A DNA stretch of 64,000 nt, taken from an uncultured Thermoplasmata archaeon. Its GTDB lineage: Archaea; Thermoplasmatota; Thermoplasmata; RBG-16-68-12. Positions 48,355 through 58,129 of the stretch are shown here, piece after piece. Where the stretch lies: assembly GCA_963768855.1 (NCBI GenBank), contig CAVYJM010000006.1, forward strand, positions 192,001 through 256,000, read 5' to 3'. Every line of letters begins with the position of its first letter. The first letter of the stretch is position 1. A program made the position numbers and the translations under genes. The notes below the pieces were generated by a model. The model was not told the origin of the DNA. It saw only the letters and a program-made list of their open reading frames with translations, and did no database searches.

Positions 48355-50475
48355 TCAGTCTGCCGAATCGGCGGCGACCAGGATCACGCGCGCGTCGACC
48401 GCACGATACCCCTTGCCCTGCTCCAGGGACTCGATCGGGTTCAGGTCGATCTCCTGGATCTGGTCGAAGTCGAGGACGAGCTGGGAGAACCGCAGGATCG
48501 CCTCCGCGAGCGCGTCGACATCCCGCGGAGGCTCGCCTCGGACACCCGCCAGGAGGGGGTAGGTCCGGATCGCGCGGATCATCCGGTAGGCATCCTGGTC
48601 CGTGAGGGGCGGGAGCCCGAACGACACGTCCTTCATGTACTCGACGTAGACGCCGCCCAGGCCGAACACGAGGAAGGGGCCGTACACCTTGTCCCGGGTC
48701 ATCCCCAGGATGACCTCCTTCCCGCGGAAGATGTACTCCTGGACGAGGATGGCGTCCGCTTTGATCCCCTGGGTCTCCATGCGATGCAGGAGTCGCATGC
48801 CCTCGAGCCGCAGGGCGCGCTCGTCGCGAATGTCGAGCACGACGGCCCGCAGCTCCGTCTTGTGCAGGAGCTGCTTCCCGACGGCCTTCAGGACCACCGG
48901 GTAGCCGAGCTCGCGCGCCGCACGCGCCGCGTCGTCCATGTCCTTGCAGAGCCTCGCCCGCGCGGTCGTCAGGCCGTACGCCTCGAGGAACTCCACCGCC
49001 TCGATCTCGGTGAGGCGCGTGCGCCCCTCGCCCAGCGCGTTGTCGAGGATCGTGCCGGCCCGGGCCCGGGACACGTCGAAGGTGCGGACCTTGCCCTCAT
49101 CCCGCTTCAGGTACTGGGCGTAGCGGTACATCGCCGCCAGAGCGCGGGCCGCGTTCTCCGGATACAGATACGATGGGAGGCTGTGCGTCACCAGTTCCAT
49201 GAATCCCGGACTGTCCGCGGTGCGGCCCAGGAAGTTGCAGAGGACCGGCTTCTTGAACTTCGAGGCGGCCTGCCACACGACCTTCGCCCAGTCCACCTCG
49301 TCTGTGCGCACCGGAGGCACGTAGACCGCGATCGCCGCGTCGACCTCGGGGTCCGCGAGGGCGGCCTCGAGGGCGCGCCGGTAGTCGTCGAGCGAGCCCT
49401 CCGGCGTGAGGTCGACCGGGTTCGCGATCGAGGCGTCCGGCGGCGCCCAGGCCTTCATCGAGGCCTTCGTGGTCTCCGTGAACTCCGCGAGCGTCAGACC
49501 CTGGGCCGAGAGCTCGTCCACGGCCATGATCGCGGGGCCGCCGGCGTCCGAGATCACCGCGACCCGGTTCCCCTGGGGCAGTGGTTGTAGGGAGAACGCC
49601 ATCGTGAAGTCGAACAGTTCCTCGATGGAGTTCGCCCGGAGGACGCCCGTCTGGTTGAACACGGCCTCCGCGGCGAGGTCAGATCCTCCGAGGCTGCCCG
49701 TGTGGGACGCGGTTGCCCGGCCGCCCGCCTCGGAGCGTCCCGCCTTCACCGCGATCACCGGCTTGATCTTCGTGACCTCCCGCGCGATCCGCACGAAGTT
49801 CTTCGGGTTGCCGAAGTTCTCGATGTAGGCCGCGACGAGTTTGGTCTCCGGGTCGTCCTTCCAGGCGTTGAGCAGGTCGTTCAGGCTGACCTGGGCCTTG
49901 TTGCCGAGGGAGCAGAACTTCGCGAAGCCGAGGCCGAGCGACTTCGCATGCTCCAGGATCGCGACGCCGAGCGCGCCGCTCTGCGTGATCAGAGAGACGT
50001 GGCCGCGGAGCGGCGGCGTGGGGGCGAAGGTCGCGTCCAGCTGGACGTCGGGGTGGGAGTTGATGATGCCCATGCAGTTCGGGCCGATCATCGTCATCCC
50101 GTACTTCTGGACGAGAGCGGTGAGGTCCTTCTCGCGCTCCACGCCGACGCCGCCGATTTCGCGGAAGCCGGCGGTGATCACGATGAGCCCTTTGATCCCC
50201 TTCTTGCCGCATTCCTCGACCGCGGCCAGGGCGATTGCCGCTGGGACGGTGATGATCGCGAGGTCGACCGGCTCGGGGAGCGCGGTCACGCTCGGGTAGC
50301 AGGGCAGGCCGTGGATGGCGTCGGCCTTCGGGTTCACCGGGTAGACGCGGCCCTTGTACTCGTTGACGACCAGGTTGTGGACGAGCTCGTAGCCGATCTT
50401 CCCAGGCTGGCGCGAGGCCCCGACGACCGCGATCGATCGGGGCGAGAAGATCGCGTCGAGCCCATCCTCCGCCAT
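48355..50475 (-). CDS. acd: ADP-forming acetate/acyl-CoA ligase, fused alpha-beta
   Basis: PRSIAVVGAS, GPNCMG, SQ/TQSGALG, KAGRS…ASHTGSL (phospho-His), ATP-grasp C-terminus LHKTE. Confidence 0.93.
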   Translation of the reverse strand: MAEDGLDAIFSPRSIAVVGASRQPGKIGYELVHNLVVNEYKGRVYPVNPKADAIHGLPCYPSVTALPEPVDLAIITVPAAIALAAVEECGKKGIKGLIVITAGFREIGGVGVEREKDLTALVQKYGMTMIGPNCMGIINSHPDVQLDATFAPTPPLRGHVSLITQSGALGVAILEHAKSLGLGFAKFCSLGNKAQVSLNDLLNAWKDDPETKLVAAYIENFGNPKNFVRIAREVTKIKPVIAVKAGRSEAGGRATASHTGSLGGSDLAAEAVFNQTGVLRANSIEELFDFTMAFSLQPLPQGNRVAVISDAGGPAIMAVDELSAQGLTLAEFTETTKASMKAWAPPDASIANPVDLTPEGSLDDYRRALEAALADPEVDAAIAVYVPPVRTDEVDWAKVVWQAASKFKKPVLCNFLGRTADSPGFMELVTHSLPSYLYPENAARALAAMYRYAQYLKRDEGKVRTFDVSRARAGTILDNALGEGRTRLTEIEAVEFLEAYGLTTARARLCKDMDDAARAARELGYPVVLKAVGKQLLHKTELRAVVLDIRDERALRLEGMRLLHRMETQGIKADAILVQEYIFRGKEVILGMTRDKVYGPFLVFGLGGVYVEYMKDVSFGLPPLTDQDAYRMIRAIRTYPLLAGVRGEPPRDVDALAEAILRFSQLVLDFDQIQEIDLNPIESLEQGKGYRAVDARVILVAADSAD

Positions 50476-50635
50476 CGTCGCGCCGAAGCTTCGCCGGACT
50501 AATGAACCTTCCCCGTGGGCCACGTGCGATTCGTTATCGCGGTTGGTAACGGCGCCCCTTTCCTAATATATCGTCCCGCGAACGGCGTGGGTCACTCACG
50601 CAGCGCCGATCTTCCGTTCGGAGCAGCGATTCCCT

Positions 50636-53600
50636 ATGGCCCAAGCCATCGAACGCCGGTCCCGGCGAAGCCTCGCAACCGTCCTTCTCCTCCTCGGGGC
50701 GGCGCTCACGCTCACGCCGATTCTGGCCCCGTCCGCGGTCGCTGCGGGCACGACGTACCTGTCCGGGAACGCATGTGCCTCGAGCACCACTCCGACCTGG
50801 GTGAACACGACCACGTACGTCCTAGCCGGGAACGTGACCGTCCCCGTGGGTTGCACGCTCACCATCCAGTCGGGCACGGTCATCAAGGCCGACCCCCAGG
50901 TGCGCCTCTACCTCAACGGCGTGCTCGAGGCGAACGGCACCGCTACGAGCTACATTTCGTTCGACGCGAACCGTACGAGCCAGGTCTGGGGCGGCGTCCA
51001 GTTCAACAAGACCTCCCAGGCCTCCTACCTCCAGTACGCCTCCCTGCACATGGTGGACCACGGCGTCCGCGTCGTCGGAACCCCGCTGTTCTGGGGACCG
51101 ACTCTTTCCCATCTCGACATCGACCATGCGATCGTCGGGGTCGAGTTCCAGGGGGCGAACGCGACGCTGTCCTGGAGCCGAATCAACTACACCACGATGG
51201 CCGTCCACGCCTCCGATGGCGGCTACGGCGGTTACCCGATTATCGTCGCGAACACGATCACGACCGTCCTCTCGAACCCCGCCATCGCCATCTACGCGAC
51301 CAACCTGGTGCAGCCGACGATCCAGTCAAACTGGATTACCTGGGTGAACGGAACGGACGGCTCGGCGGGCGGGGCCTTGCTGACGACCGGCCAGGACGGG
51401 GGCGCGGCCGTGGGCATCCTGGTCACCGGGGGCACCTGGCCAATCGTTGCCGGGAATACGATCAGCCAGGTCCGCGGCGGCCGGGGAGGCGCAGGAGGTT
51501 CGCCTCTCATCTCCGGCAACGGCGGCCGCGGTGGGAAGGGCGGGGACGCGAGCGGAATTGTGATGGCGAACGCCCAGAACTCGAGGGCCCAGACCAACGA
51601 CATCACGGGCGTCGTCGGCGGGCATGGCGGGAACGGAGGGGATGCGAGCGGCCTGGGCACCACCGGCGGCGCGGGTGGTGCGGGCGGCACCGCCATCGCG
51701 ATGGAAGCCCTCGACAACACGGTCACGGGATGGTGGTTCTACAACGACGCCATCGGGATCAGCGGCGGATCCGCGGGAGACGGCGGCGGGGGTCCCCTCT
51801 CGGGCGCCGGTGGGTCCGGTGGCGCCGCGTACGCTCACTTCTTCCTTCAGAACATGGCGGGCAACGCCAGCAACAACCTGGCCCAGACCCTCGTGGGCGG
51901 ATACGGCGGGAACGGGTCCGTCGGCGGCGTGGGCGGGGAGGTCGGCGGCGTCTGGATGGCCGGCATGGGTGGCAGTGGCATCGTGGGCAGCAACACGATC
52001 GCGGGACTCACCGGAGGCCAGGGCGGTGCGGGAGCTCAGCCTACGGCAGGCGGCGGAAACGCGACCGCGCTCCTCCTGATCGGGGACGCAGGCAAGTACA
52101 ACACCACGACCGTCCGGGGCAACACGATCAACGGGATCACCGGAGGCGTTGGGGGCGTCGGCAGCCGCGGCGGCTCGAACGGGGGAGTCGCCACCGCGAT
52201 CGGCGCGGTCTACACGCGCGTCGTTTCGTCTGGGAACACGATCCAGGCGATTACGGGGGGTCAGGGAGGCAGCACGGGTCCAACCTGGACGAACGGCCAG
52301 GGCGGTTCCGCCACGGCCTACGCCGTTGCCCTGACCCCGTCGAGCTCCTCGTCCCAAGATCGGGTCCAGTCCGTCACGAAGGGGCTGCCCGGGTCCGGCG
52401 GGACCAATCCGTCTCCGGCCCAGGCGATCGGCTTCTACGTCCTCGGGAACGCGACCCTCACCTCGGTCGCCTCCCTCACGAACGACACGTTCGCATCCAT
52501 CGGGGAGCGCGACCTCTTCCTCGAGAACTACACGAGGACGACCGCGCTCAACACGACCTTTGCGCCGAGCACGCTTTACGTCGGGCCTGCGGCGAACCTG
52601 ACCGTGCAGAACTTCCTGGCGGTCAAGGTCCTCTGGCCCAACAACGTCACCGCGGTCGCGGGTGCACGGGTCGCCGTCGCGGACAGTGGGGTCGAGGTCT
52701 ACAATCGGACGAGCTCCACGGGGAATCTGAAGTGGATCGTCGTGACGAATCGCGTCTACATCGACAGCGCGATCCCCTTGTGGAACACGACGCGGGTGAC
52801 GGTTAGCTATCTCACCTACACGTTCGGGAACAACCCGCGGACCGTGAACATGACCACGAGCCAGACCCAGTACTTCACGATGATCGACCGAACGCCTCCC
52901 ACGACGGCCATGACCGCCCTGTCCGCGTTCACCACGACGAGGACGTTCACCCTCCACTACTCCTACTCGGATGGCTTCGGAGCCGGAGTCACCAGCGTCA
53001 CGATCTGGGACCGTGTGAATGGGAGCACATGGAACACATACGCAATCATCTCCGTCACCGGCTCCGGGAGCGGGCAAATCTCGTTCACTGCGGCCTCCGA
53101 TGGTCTCTACGAGTTCGCCGCGACGGCGATCGACGCCGCGGCCAACCAGCAGACCCCCGTCCCGCCGACGGCGAACCAGACGTGGACGATCGTCGACACG
53201 ACGAAGCCCGCGTCCCAGGCGACCGCGCTCCCGGCCTGGGAGACGTCTCTCTCCTTCCTCGTGAGCTGGGGTCCCAGCCCGGGCACGACGGACATCGCCT
53301 CGTACACCGTCCAGTACAACAGCACGGGGACGTGGGTGACGTGGCTCAGCTCGACGCTCCTGACCTCCTCCACGTTCACGGCGACGAGCCAGACCGTCTA
53401 CCAGTTCCGGACGCTCGCCCGGGACTTCGCGGGCAACGTCGAGGTGAAGACGGGCAACGACACGTGGACCCTGGTCGACTCCGTGGTCCCGACCTCCGCG
53501 GTCTCCGCGCTACCTAGCTATGAGACGATCGCGGTCTTCTCCATCGCCTGGGGTCCGACGGCGGGCACCTCGGACGTCGCGAACTACACGGTCCAGGTCC

Positions 53601-55495
53601 GCACGGATGGCGGCGCATGGGTCACGTGGCTCTCCGGCGTCACGAACACCTCGGCCACGTTCACGGGCGTCAATGGCCACTGGTATGCCTTCCGCTCCCT
53701 CGCGACGGACGTCGCCGGAAACGTCGAGACGAAGGCGGGGAACGACACGTGGACGACCGTCGACACGAGCCCGCCGGGCTCCCTCGTCGCCTCCCTCCCC
53801 TCCTACGAGACCTCTCTCTCCTTCACCGTCTCCTGGAGCCCCGAGGCCGGGGTCACGGACATCGCCTCGTACCGGATCGAGTACAACCACGGGGCCGGAT
53901 GGGTGTCCTGGCTCGGGGACACCACCGCGACCTCGGCCACGTTCAGCATCGTCGCCCTCGGAATCGTGAGCCCACAGGGCAACTATGCGTTCCGCTCGGT
54001 CGCCACGGACCGCGCCGGGAACGTCGAGACGAAGACGGGCAACGACACGTGGACCGTCGTGGATACGATCGTTCCTACGTCGCTCGTATCCGTCCTGCCC
54101 GCATACGAGACGACCGCGGCGTTCACGGTCTCCTGGAATCCCACCGGGGTCACCTCGGACGTACAGGGCTACACCCTCCAAGTCAGCGCCGACGGCGCCG
54201 CCTGGGTGAGCTGGTTCTCCGGGGCCACGAACCGGAGCGCGACGTTCACCGGCGTCAACGGCCACCGGTATGCCTTCCGCTCCCTCGCGACGGACGTCGC
54301 GGGCAATGTGGAGACCAAGTCCGGGAACGACACGTGGACGATCGTGGACACGACCCCGCCCTCGTCTTCCATGAACGCCCTCCCGCTCTACGAGACCGCC
54401 CTGACGTTCCCGGTGAACTGGGGTCCTGCTCCCGGGACCGCAGACGTGGCGACCTGCGATGTTCAGCTCAGCTTGGATGGCGGCACCTGGACCACGTGGC
54501 TCTCCGGGGTCAACAACCGGTCCGCAGTCTTCTCCGCAGCGAATGGCCACCGGTACGCCTTTCGTTCTCTCGCGACGGATGTCGCAGGCAACGCCGAGGC
54601 GAAGTCGGGAAACGACACGTTCACCTTCGTGGACGCGACCCTGCCGACCGTCGTGCTCGATGCGCCGGAGGGCGCGGGCGTCGACCCGGCTGCCACGCTC
54701 ACGGTCACGTTCAGCGAGCCCATGGACGAAGGGTCCGTGGAACAGGCGTTCTCCCTGTCGCCCAGCATCGATGGCGCCTTCAGCTGGAATGCTGCGGGGA
54801 CCGTCCTCACCTTCACCCCGGCCCGAGCCCTTTCCGCCGGGACGTCGTACACGGTCGTCATCACCCCGGGCGCGAAGGACCTGGCCGGCAACTCCCTGGG
54901 CACGGTCAAGACGTTCACCTTTTCGACCGCGGGCTCGTCGACGGCCGCCGGTTCCTCGTTCGGGGACTGGTGGCCGCTCCTCCTAGCCGTCGTGGTTGGC
55001 GCGATCGTCGCCGTCCTCGTCCTCCTGCGTCGCCGCGGGTCCGCGGCCCAGGAGTTGGCCTCGAAGCCCGCTGCCCCGGCGAGCCCCGCTGCCGGGACGG
55101 AGATCGACGACATCTTCCTCCTCTACAAGGACGGCATCCTGATCAAGCACGAGACCCTGCGCCTGCGGCCCGACATCGACACGGACATCCTGAGCGGCAT
55201 GCTGACCGCGGTCCAGCAGTTCGTCAAGGACTCCTTCCAATCCGAGGACGAGGGCGAGCTGAACGAGATCACGGTCGGTCAGATGCATCTGCACATCGGC
55301 CGCGGCAAGTGGCTCATCCTGGCCGCCCGCGTGGCGGGCGGGGACGTCACGACGATGAACGAGCAGATCCGCAAGGCGATCCAGGACATGGAGGACCACC
55401 ACTGGGACCAGCTCGAGGACTGGGACGGGGACATGGCGCTCTCGAAGGTCCTGGGGCCCTACCTGAAGCGGCTCATCCGCGGCGACTACACGTGA
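50636..55495 (+). CDS. Large cell-surface protein: Gly-rich beta-helix, FN3-like repeats, Ig-like domain, TM, cytoplasmic longin-like domain
   Basis: Signal peptide; GGxGGxGG-rich region; repeated FRxLAxDxAGNVE; VTFSEPMD Ig-like; TM at ~54967-55026; DDIFLLYKDG…LSGMLTAVQQFVKDSF tail. Confidence 0.88.
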   Translation: MAQAIERRSRRSLATVLLLLGAALTLTPILAPSAVAAGTTYLSGNACASSTTPTWVNTTTYVLAGNVTVPVGCTLTIQSGTVIKADPQVRLYLNGVLEANGTATSYISFDANRTSQVWGGVQFNKTSQASYLQYASLHMVDHGVRVVGTPLFWGPTLSHLDIDHAIVGVEFQGANATLSWSRINYTTMAVHASDGGYGGYPIIVANTITTVLSNPAIAIYATNLVQPTIQSNWITWVNGTDGSAGGALLTTGQDGGAAVGILVTGGTWPIVAGNTISQVRGGRGGAGGSPLISGNGGRGGKGGDASGIVMANAQNSRAQTNDITGVVGGHGGNGGDASGLGTTGGAGGAGGTAIAMEALDNTVTGWWFYNDAIGISGGSAGDGGGGPLSGAGGSGGAAYAHFFLQNMAGNASNNLAQTLVGGYGGNGSVGGVGGEVGGVWMAGMGGSGIVGSNTIAGLTGGQGGAGAQPTAGGGNATALLLIGDAGKYNTTTVRGNTINGITGGVGGVGSRGGSNGGVATAIGAVYTRVVSSGNTIQAITGGQGGSTGPTWTNGQGGSATAYAVALTPSSSSSQDRVQSVTKGLPGSGGTNPSPAQAIGFYVLGNATLTSVASLTNDTFASIGERDLFLENYTRTTALNTTFAPSTLYVGPAANLTVQNFLAVKVLWPNNVTAVAGARVAVADSGVEVYNRTSSTGNLKWIVVTNRVYIDSAIPLWNTTRVTVSYLTYTFGNNPRTVNMTTSQTQYFTMIDRTPPTTAMTALSAFTTTRTFTLHYSYSDGFGAGVTSVTIWDRVNGSTWNTYAIISVTGSGSGQISFTAASDGLYEFAATAIDAAANQQTPVPPTANQTWTIVDTTKPASQATALPAWETSLSFLVSWGPSPGTTDIASYTVQYNSTGTWVTWLSSTLLTSSTFTATSQTVYQFRTLARDFAGNVEVKTGNDTWTLVDSVVPTSAVSALPSYETIAVFSIAWGPTAGTSDVANYTVQVRTDGGAWVTWLSGVTNTSATFTGVNGHWYAFRSLATDVAGNVETKAGNDTWTTVDTSPPGSLVASLPSYETSLSFTVSWSPEAGVTDIASYRIEYNHGAGWVSWLGDTTATSATFSIVALGIVSPQGNYAFRSVATDRAGNVETKTGNDTWTVVDTIVPTSLVSVLPAYETTAAFTVSWNPTGVTSDVQGYTLQVSADGAAWVSWFSGATNRSATFTGVNGHRYAFRSLATDVAGNVETKSGNDTWTIVDTTPPSSSMNALPLYETALTFPVNWGPAPGTADVATCDVQLSLDGGTWTTWLSGVNNRSAVFSAANGHRYAFRSLATDVAGNAEAKSGNDTFTFVDATLPTVVLDAPEGAGVDPAATLTVTFSEPMDEGSVEQAFSLSPSIDGAFSWNAAGTVLTFTPARALSAGTSYTVVITPGAKDLAGNSLGTVKTFTFSTAGSSTAAGSSFGDWWPLLLAVVVGAIVAVLVLLRRRGSAAQELASKPAAPASPAAGTEIDDIFLLYKDGILIKHETLRLRPDIDTDILSGMLTAVQQFVKDSFQSEDEGELNEITVGQMHLHIGRGKWLILAARVAGGDVTTMNEQIRKAIQDMEDHHWDQLEDWDGDMALSKVLGPYLKRLIRGDYT
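53194..54632 (+). repeat. Five tandem ~96-aa FN3-like coding repeats
   Basis: Units begin DTTKPAS/DSVVPTS/DTSPPGS/DTIVPTS/DTTPPSS and end GNDTWT; DNA-level similarity visible. Confidence 0.9.
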
Positions 55496-55507
55496 GACGG
55501 GCGTCCG

Positions 55508-56092
55508 TCACACGGGCAGCGTCGTGAGCAGGGCCATGACCTCGTCGCCCGGCTCACCCTGTGCGCGGGCCTTCGCCTCGAGGCGCTCGAGCTTGTGCTT
55601 CGCCTCGTCGAAGATCTCCATGACCTGCTGGACCGTGTCCTTCCGCCAAGGCACATGGTAGAAGTAGAGCCGGCCCACCTCGAAGTCGACCGTGCCCTTG
55701 GCCTGGATACGCTTGATGGACTCGTTCACGAGCCCCTTCAGCATACCGAGGACCGCGACCCGGTAGTTCACCTTGTCCTCCGGGCCGAGCTGGTCCCAGA
55801 TCGCGCTCGAGTCGAGGGAGGTGCCCGGGATGCGGTAGTACTTCTCGACGAGGTTCCCGCGGATCTCCGTCTTCGTGGGCTCGATGAGCTTCGCGGCGAG
55901 CAGCTGGTTCACGTGATGGTGGACCGTGGCGGGGCTCAGCTCGAGGGCCTTCGCGATCCCGCTGATCGACATGTCCCGCTCCATCAGGAGCGTGAGCATC
56001 CGCAGGCGGGAGGGCTCGCTCAGGACCTTGAATTGGTCGACGGTGACGGACACGGCGCGCTCGGTTGGGACCGGGAGCTGCTCGTCGGGCAT
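55508..56092 (-). CDS. ArsR-family winged-helix transcription regulator with C-terminal extension
   Basis: FKVLSEPSRLRML, SPATVHHHVNQL, RGNLVEKYY. Confidence 0.9.
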   Translation of the reverse strand: MPDEQLPVPTERAVSVTVDQFKVLSEPSRLRMLTLLMERDMSISGIAKALELSPATVHHHVNQLLAAKLIEPTKTEIRGNLVEKYYRIPGTSLDSSAIWDQLGPEDKVNYRVAVLGMLKGLVNESIKRIQAKGTVDFEVGRLYFYHVPWRKDTVQQVMEIFDEAKHKLERLEAKARAQGEPGDEVMALLTTLPV

Positions 56093-56136
56093 GACCACAC
56101 CCCATTCGATAATATCAAAGCGTGTAAATGACGCCG

Positions 56137-56188
56137 ATATATTTAAATACTTCCGAGGAATAGTCTCGTTTAGATAACACCGAAACGA
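56137..56188. promoter_or_regulatory. AT-rich divergent promoter with inverted repeat (candidate ArsR operator)
   Basis: ATATATTTAAATAC at ~56137-56150; TCGTTT-N11-AAACGA at 56166-56188. Confidence 0.5.
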
Positions 56189-56205
56189 TGTTACCAGGTG
56201 ATAAT

Positions 56206-56307
56206 ATGAAGCTCTTCAAGAAGACAACCTCCAAGGACCTCAATCTCCCCTCCGACGCCCTCGTCTGGGGCAGCGGATCGATCATCTACGCGTCCTTGAA
56301 GCGGTAG
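56206..56307 (+). CDS. 33-aa micro-ORF divergent from ArsR
   Basis: MKLFKKTTSKDLNLPSDALVWGSGSIIYASLKR*; AGGTGA RBS 4 nt upstream. Confidence 0.6.
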   Translation: MKLFKKTTSKDLNLPSDALVWGSGSIIYASLKR

Positions 56308-56340
56308 ACTGGCCGGAAGGAACCGTGGGAGGTGACCCTG

Positions 56341-56430
56341 TTGCAACTGATTCTGACCCCCTCCACCGTCCGCCTCCTTGTGCGCGAGCACGGCGAGAAG
56401 ACGGTGAACCGACCCGTCCCGCCTCTCTAG
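56341..56430 (+). CDS. 29-aa micro-ORF
   Basis: TTG start, (M)QLILTPSTVRLLVREHGEKTVNRPVPPL*; full GGAGGTGA RBS upstream. Confidence 0.5.
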   Translation: MQLILTPSTVRLLVREHGEKTVNRPVPPL

Positions 56431-56455
56431 ATCCGACTCAACCCTCCTCCAAGTT

Positions 56456-56487
56456 CCGCCCGCACCCGCGGGCGGACCCCACTTTTT
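56456..56487 (+). terminator. Hairpin followed by T-tract
   Basis: CCGCCCGC-ACCC-GCGGGCGG perfect 8-bp stem, then TTTTT at 56483-56487. Confidence 0.55.
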
Positions 56488-56522
56488 CTGCGTCCGACTC
56501 TGCGTGAGCGGAGCGGCCGTCT

Positions 56523-57203
56523 TCACGGCCCCGGCGGGCCGGGGGGCGGAGACAGCTGGGAGGGCGGATAGCTGGGCGGGGACGCCGGGAGCAGCTGCGG
56601 CGGGACGCCTCCAGGTGGAGGCTGCCATGCCGGGGCCAACGGCGGGAGAGCCGCGGCCTTCCGTCGCTTACGGAGGATGGAGAGGACGACCAGGACGCTT
56701 CCGACCCCGATCAACGCGACAAGGACGAGCCCGACGATGAGCCGCGTCGTATCCCCGCCGGCGTTTCCTACCTGAGCGCTCACGACGACCGTCGCGCTCG
56801 CCGCTCCCATGGCCCCGGAAGACGAGATCGGGGCGTTGTCCACCACGAAATAGTAGGTCGCCACCCGAGGCGCGGTGAAGCTCCCGGAGAACGACATCGT
56901 GTTCTCTTGCGTGCCGGCCGAGTAGTATCCGAAGGTGAGCTCCATCGGATCCTTGTATTCCGCGTAGCTCGTCGCGTTGAACAGGTAGACGTCCACGGGC
57001 CCTCCTGCGGTGACTCGCACGGAGAAGGTGAACGGAGACGCGGGCGAGAGGCTCACCCCGTACGCCTTGTACTCGTCCGACGGGAGCGTGAGGGTCTCGG
57101 ACATCGTATTGCCCATCATCGTCTCCATCTGTGCGCTCGCAAGCGGGAGCAGCACCGCCATCAGCACGATTCCGACGAGAACGGACGCGATGGCGCCGGT
57201 CAC
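56523..57203 (-). CDS. Exported membrane-anchored protein with Pro-rich cytoplasmic tail
   Basis: Signal peptide, beta-sandwich-like core (YYFVVDN), TM, KRRK, poly-Pro tail. Confidence 0.75.
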   Translation of the reverse strand: MTGAIASVLVGIVLMAVLLPLASAQMETMMGNTMSETLTLPSDEYKAYGVSLSPASPFTFSVRVTAGGPVDVYLFNATSYAEYKDPMELTFGYYSAGTQENTMSFSGSFTAPRVATYYFVVDNAPISSSGAMGAASATVVVSAQVGNAGGDTTRLIVGLVLVALIGVGSVLVVLSILRKRRKAAALPPLAPAWQPPPGGVPPQLLPASPPSYPPSQLSPPPGPPGP

Positions 57204-57326
57204 GTGTTTCGTATGGATCCCTCCGGTCTCCCGAACGCAGGTGGGGCACCATGTAACTGTCCTACTTACTCGCGCGGGTCCCGGCGGCCGGGAAACGTTT
57301 TACGCCGCTCGGTCCATGGCGCCGCG

Positions 57327-58109
57327 ATGGCCCCCCGGAGTCCCCATCCCGAGCCCGACCCGGCCGGCTCCCTCGCCGGACGTTCGGCCCTGGTCACGGG
57401 CGGCTCCCGCCGGATCGGGAAGGCGATCGCCCTCGCCCTGGCCCGCCACGGCGCGGACGTTGCGATTACATACCGGACCCAGCGGCGGGACGCCGAGACC
57501 GTCGTCGGGTCCGTCCGGGCGATGGGCCGCCGGTCCATCGCGATACGCGCCGACCTGACGCGGCCTGCGGACTGTCGGCACGCTGTCTCGTCCGCCGCCA
57601 AGGCCCTGGGACGGCTCGACATCCTCGTGAACAACGTGGGCGAGTGGATCGTGAAGACTGTCGAGGCGACGGACCTCGAGGAATGGCGAGAAGTCCTCGA
57701 TTCGAACCTGACCGCTGCCTACCTGTGCTCCCGCGCGGCCCTGCCCCACATGCGCGCGCACGGATGGGGGCGGATCGTGAGCATGGGAGCCGCGGGCGCG
57801 TACCGCGCGCACGGCACGGCCCGCATGTCCTCGTTCTACGCTGCGAAGGCCGGGATCGTAGCGTTTTCCAAGTCCCTTGCGCGGGAGGTCGGTCGGGACG
57901 GGATCACGGTGAACGTCGTTTCCCCCGGCGTGATCGCGGACCCGGAGTTGTCCCGGGCCCGCGCGCGGCGGCGGAAGGATCCCGACACCGCCGTCCGGCG
58001 GCCGGGCACGGGCGCGGACGTCGCGGCGGCCGTCCTGTTCCTCGTCTCGGACGACGCGGAATTCATCACGGGGGATGTGGTCGGGGTCACCGGTGGCTGG
58101 CTCCTCTGA
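57327..58109 (+). CDS. Short-chain dehydrogenase/reductase
   Basis: ALVTGGSRRIG, LVNNVG, YAAKAG (YxxxK), TVNVVSPG. Confidence 0.92.
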   Translation: MAPRSPHPEPDPAGSLAGRSALVTGGSRRIGKAIALALARHGADVAITYRTQRRDAETVVGSVRAMGRRSIAIRADLTRPADCRHAVSSAAKALGRLDILVNNVGEWIVKTVEATDLEEWREVLDSNLTAAYLCSRAALPHMRAHGWGRIVSMGAAGAYRAHGTARMSSFYAAKAGIVAFSKSLAREVGRDGITVNVVSPGVIADPELSRARARRRKDPDTAVRRPGTGADVAAAVLFLVSDDAEFITGDVVGVTGGWLL

Positions 58110-58129
58110 GGCGATCATTATTTCTGTGA

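Noticed and set aside
53194-54632. FN3-like repeats as a novel element
   Set aside because: Ordinary tandem domains of a surface protein; listed as a feature only
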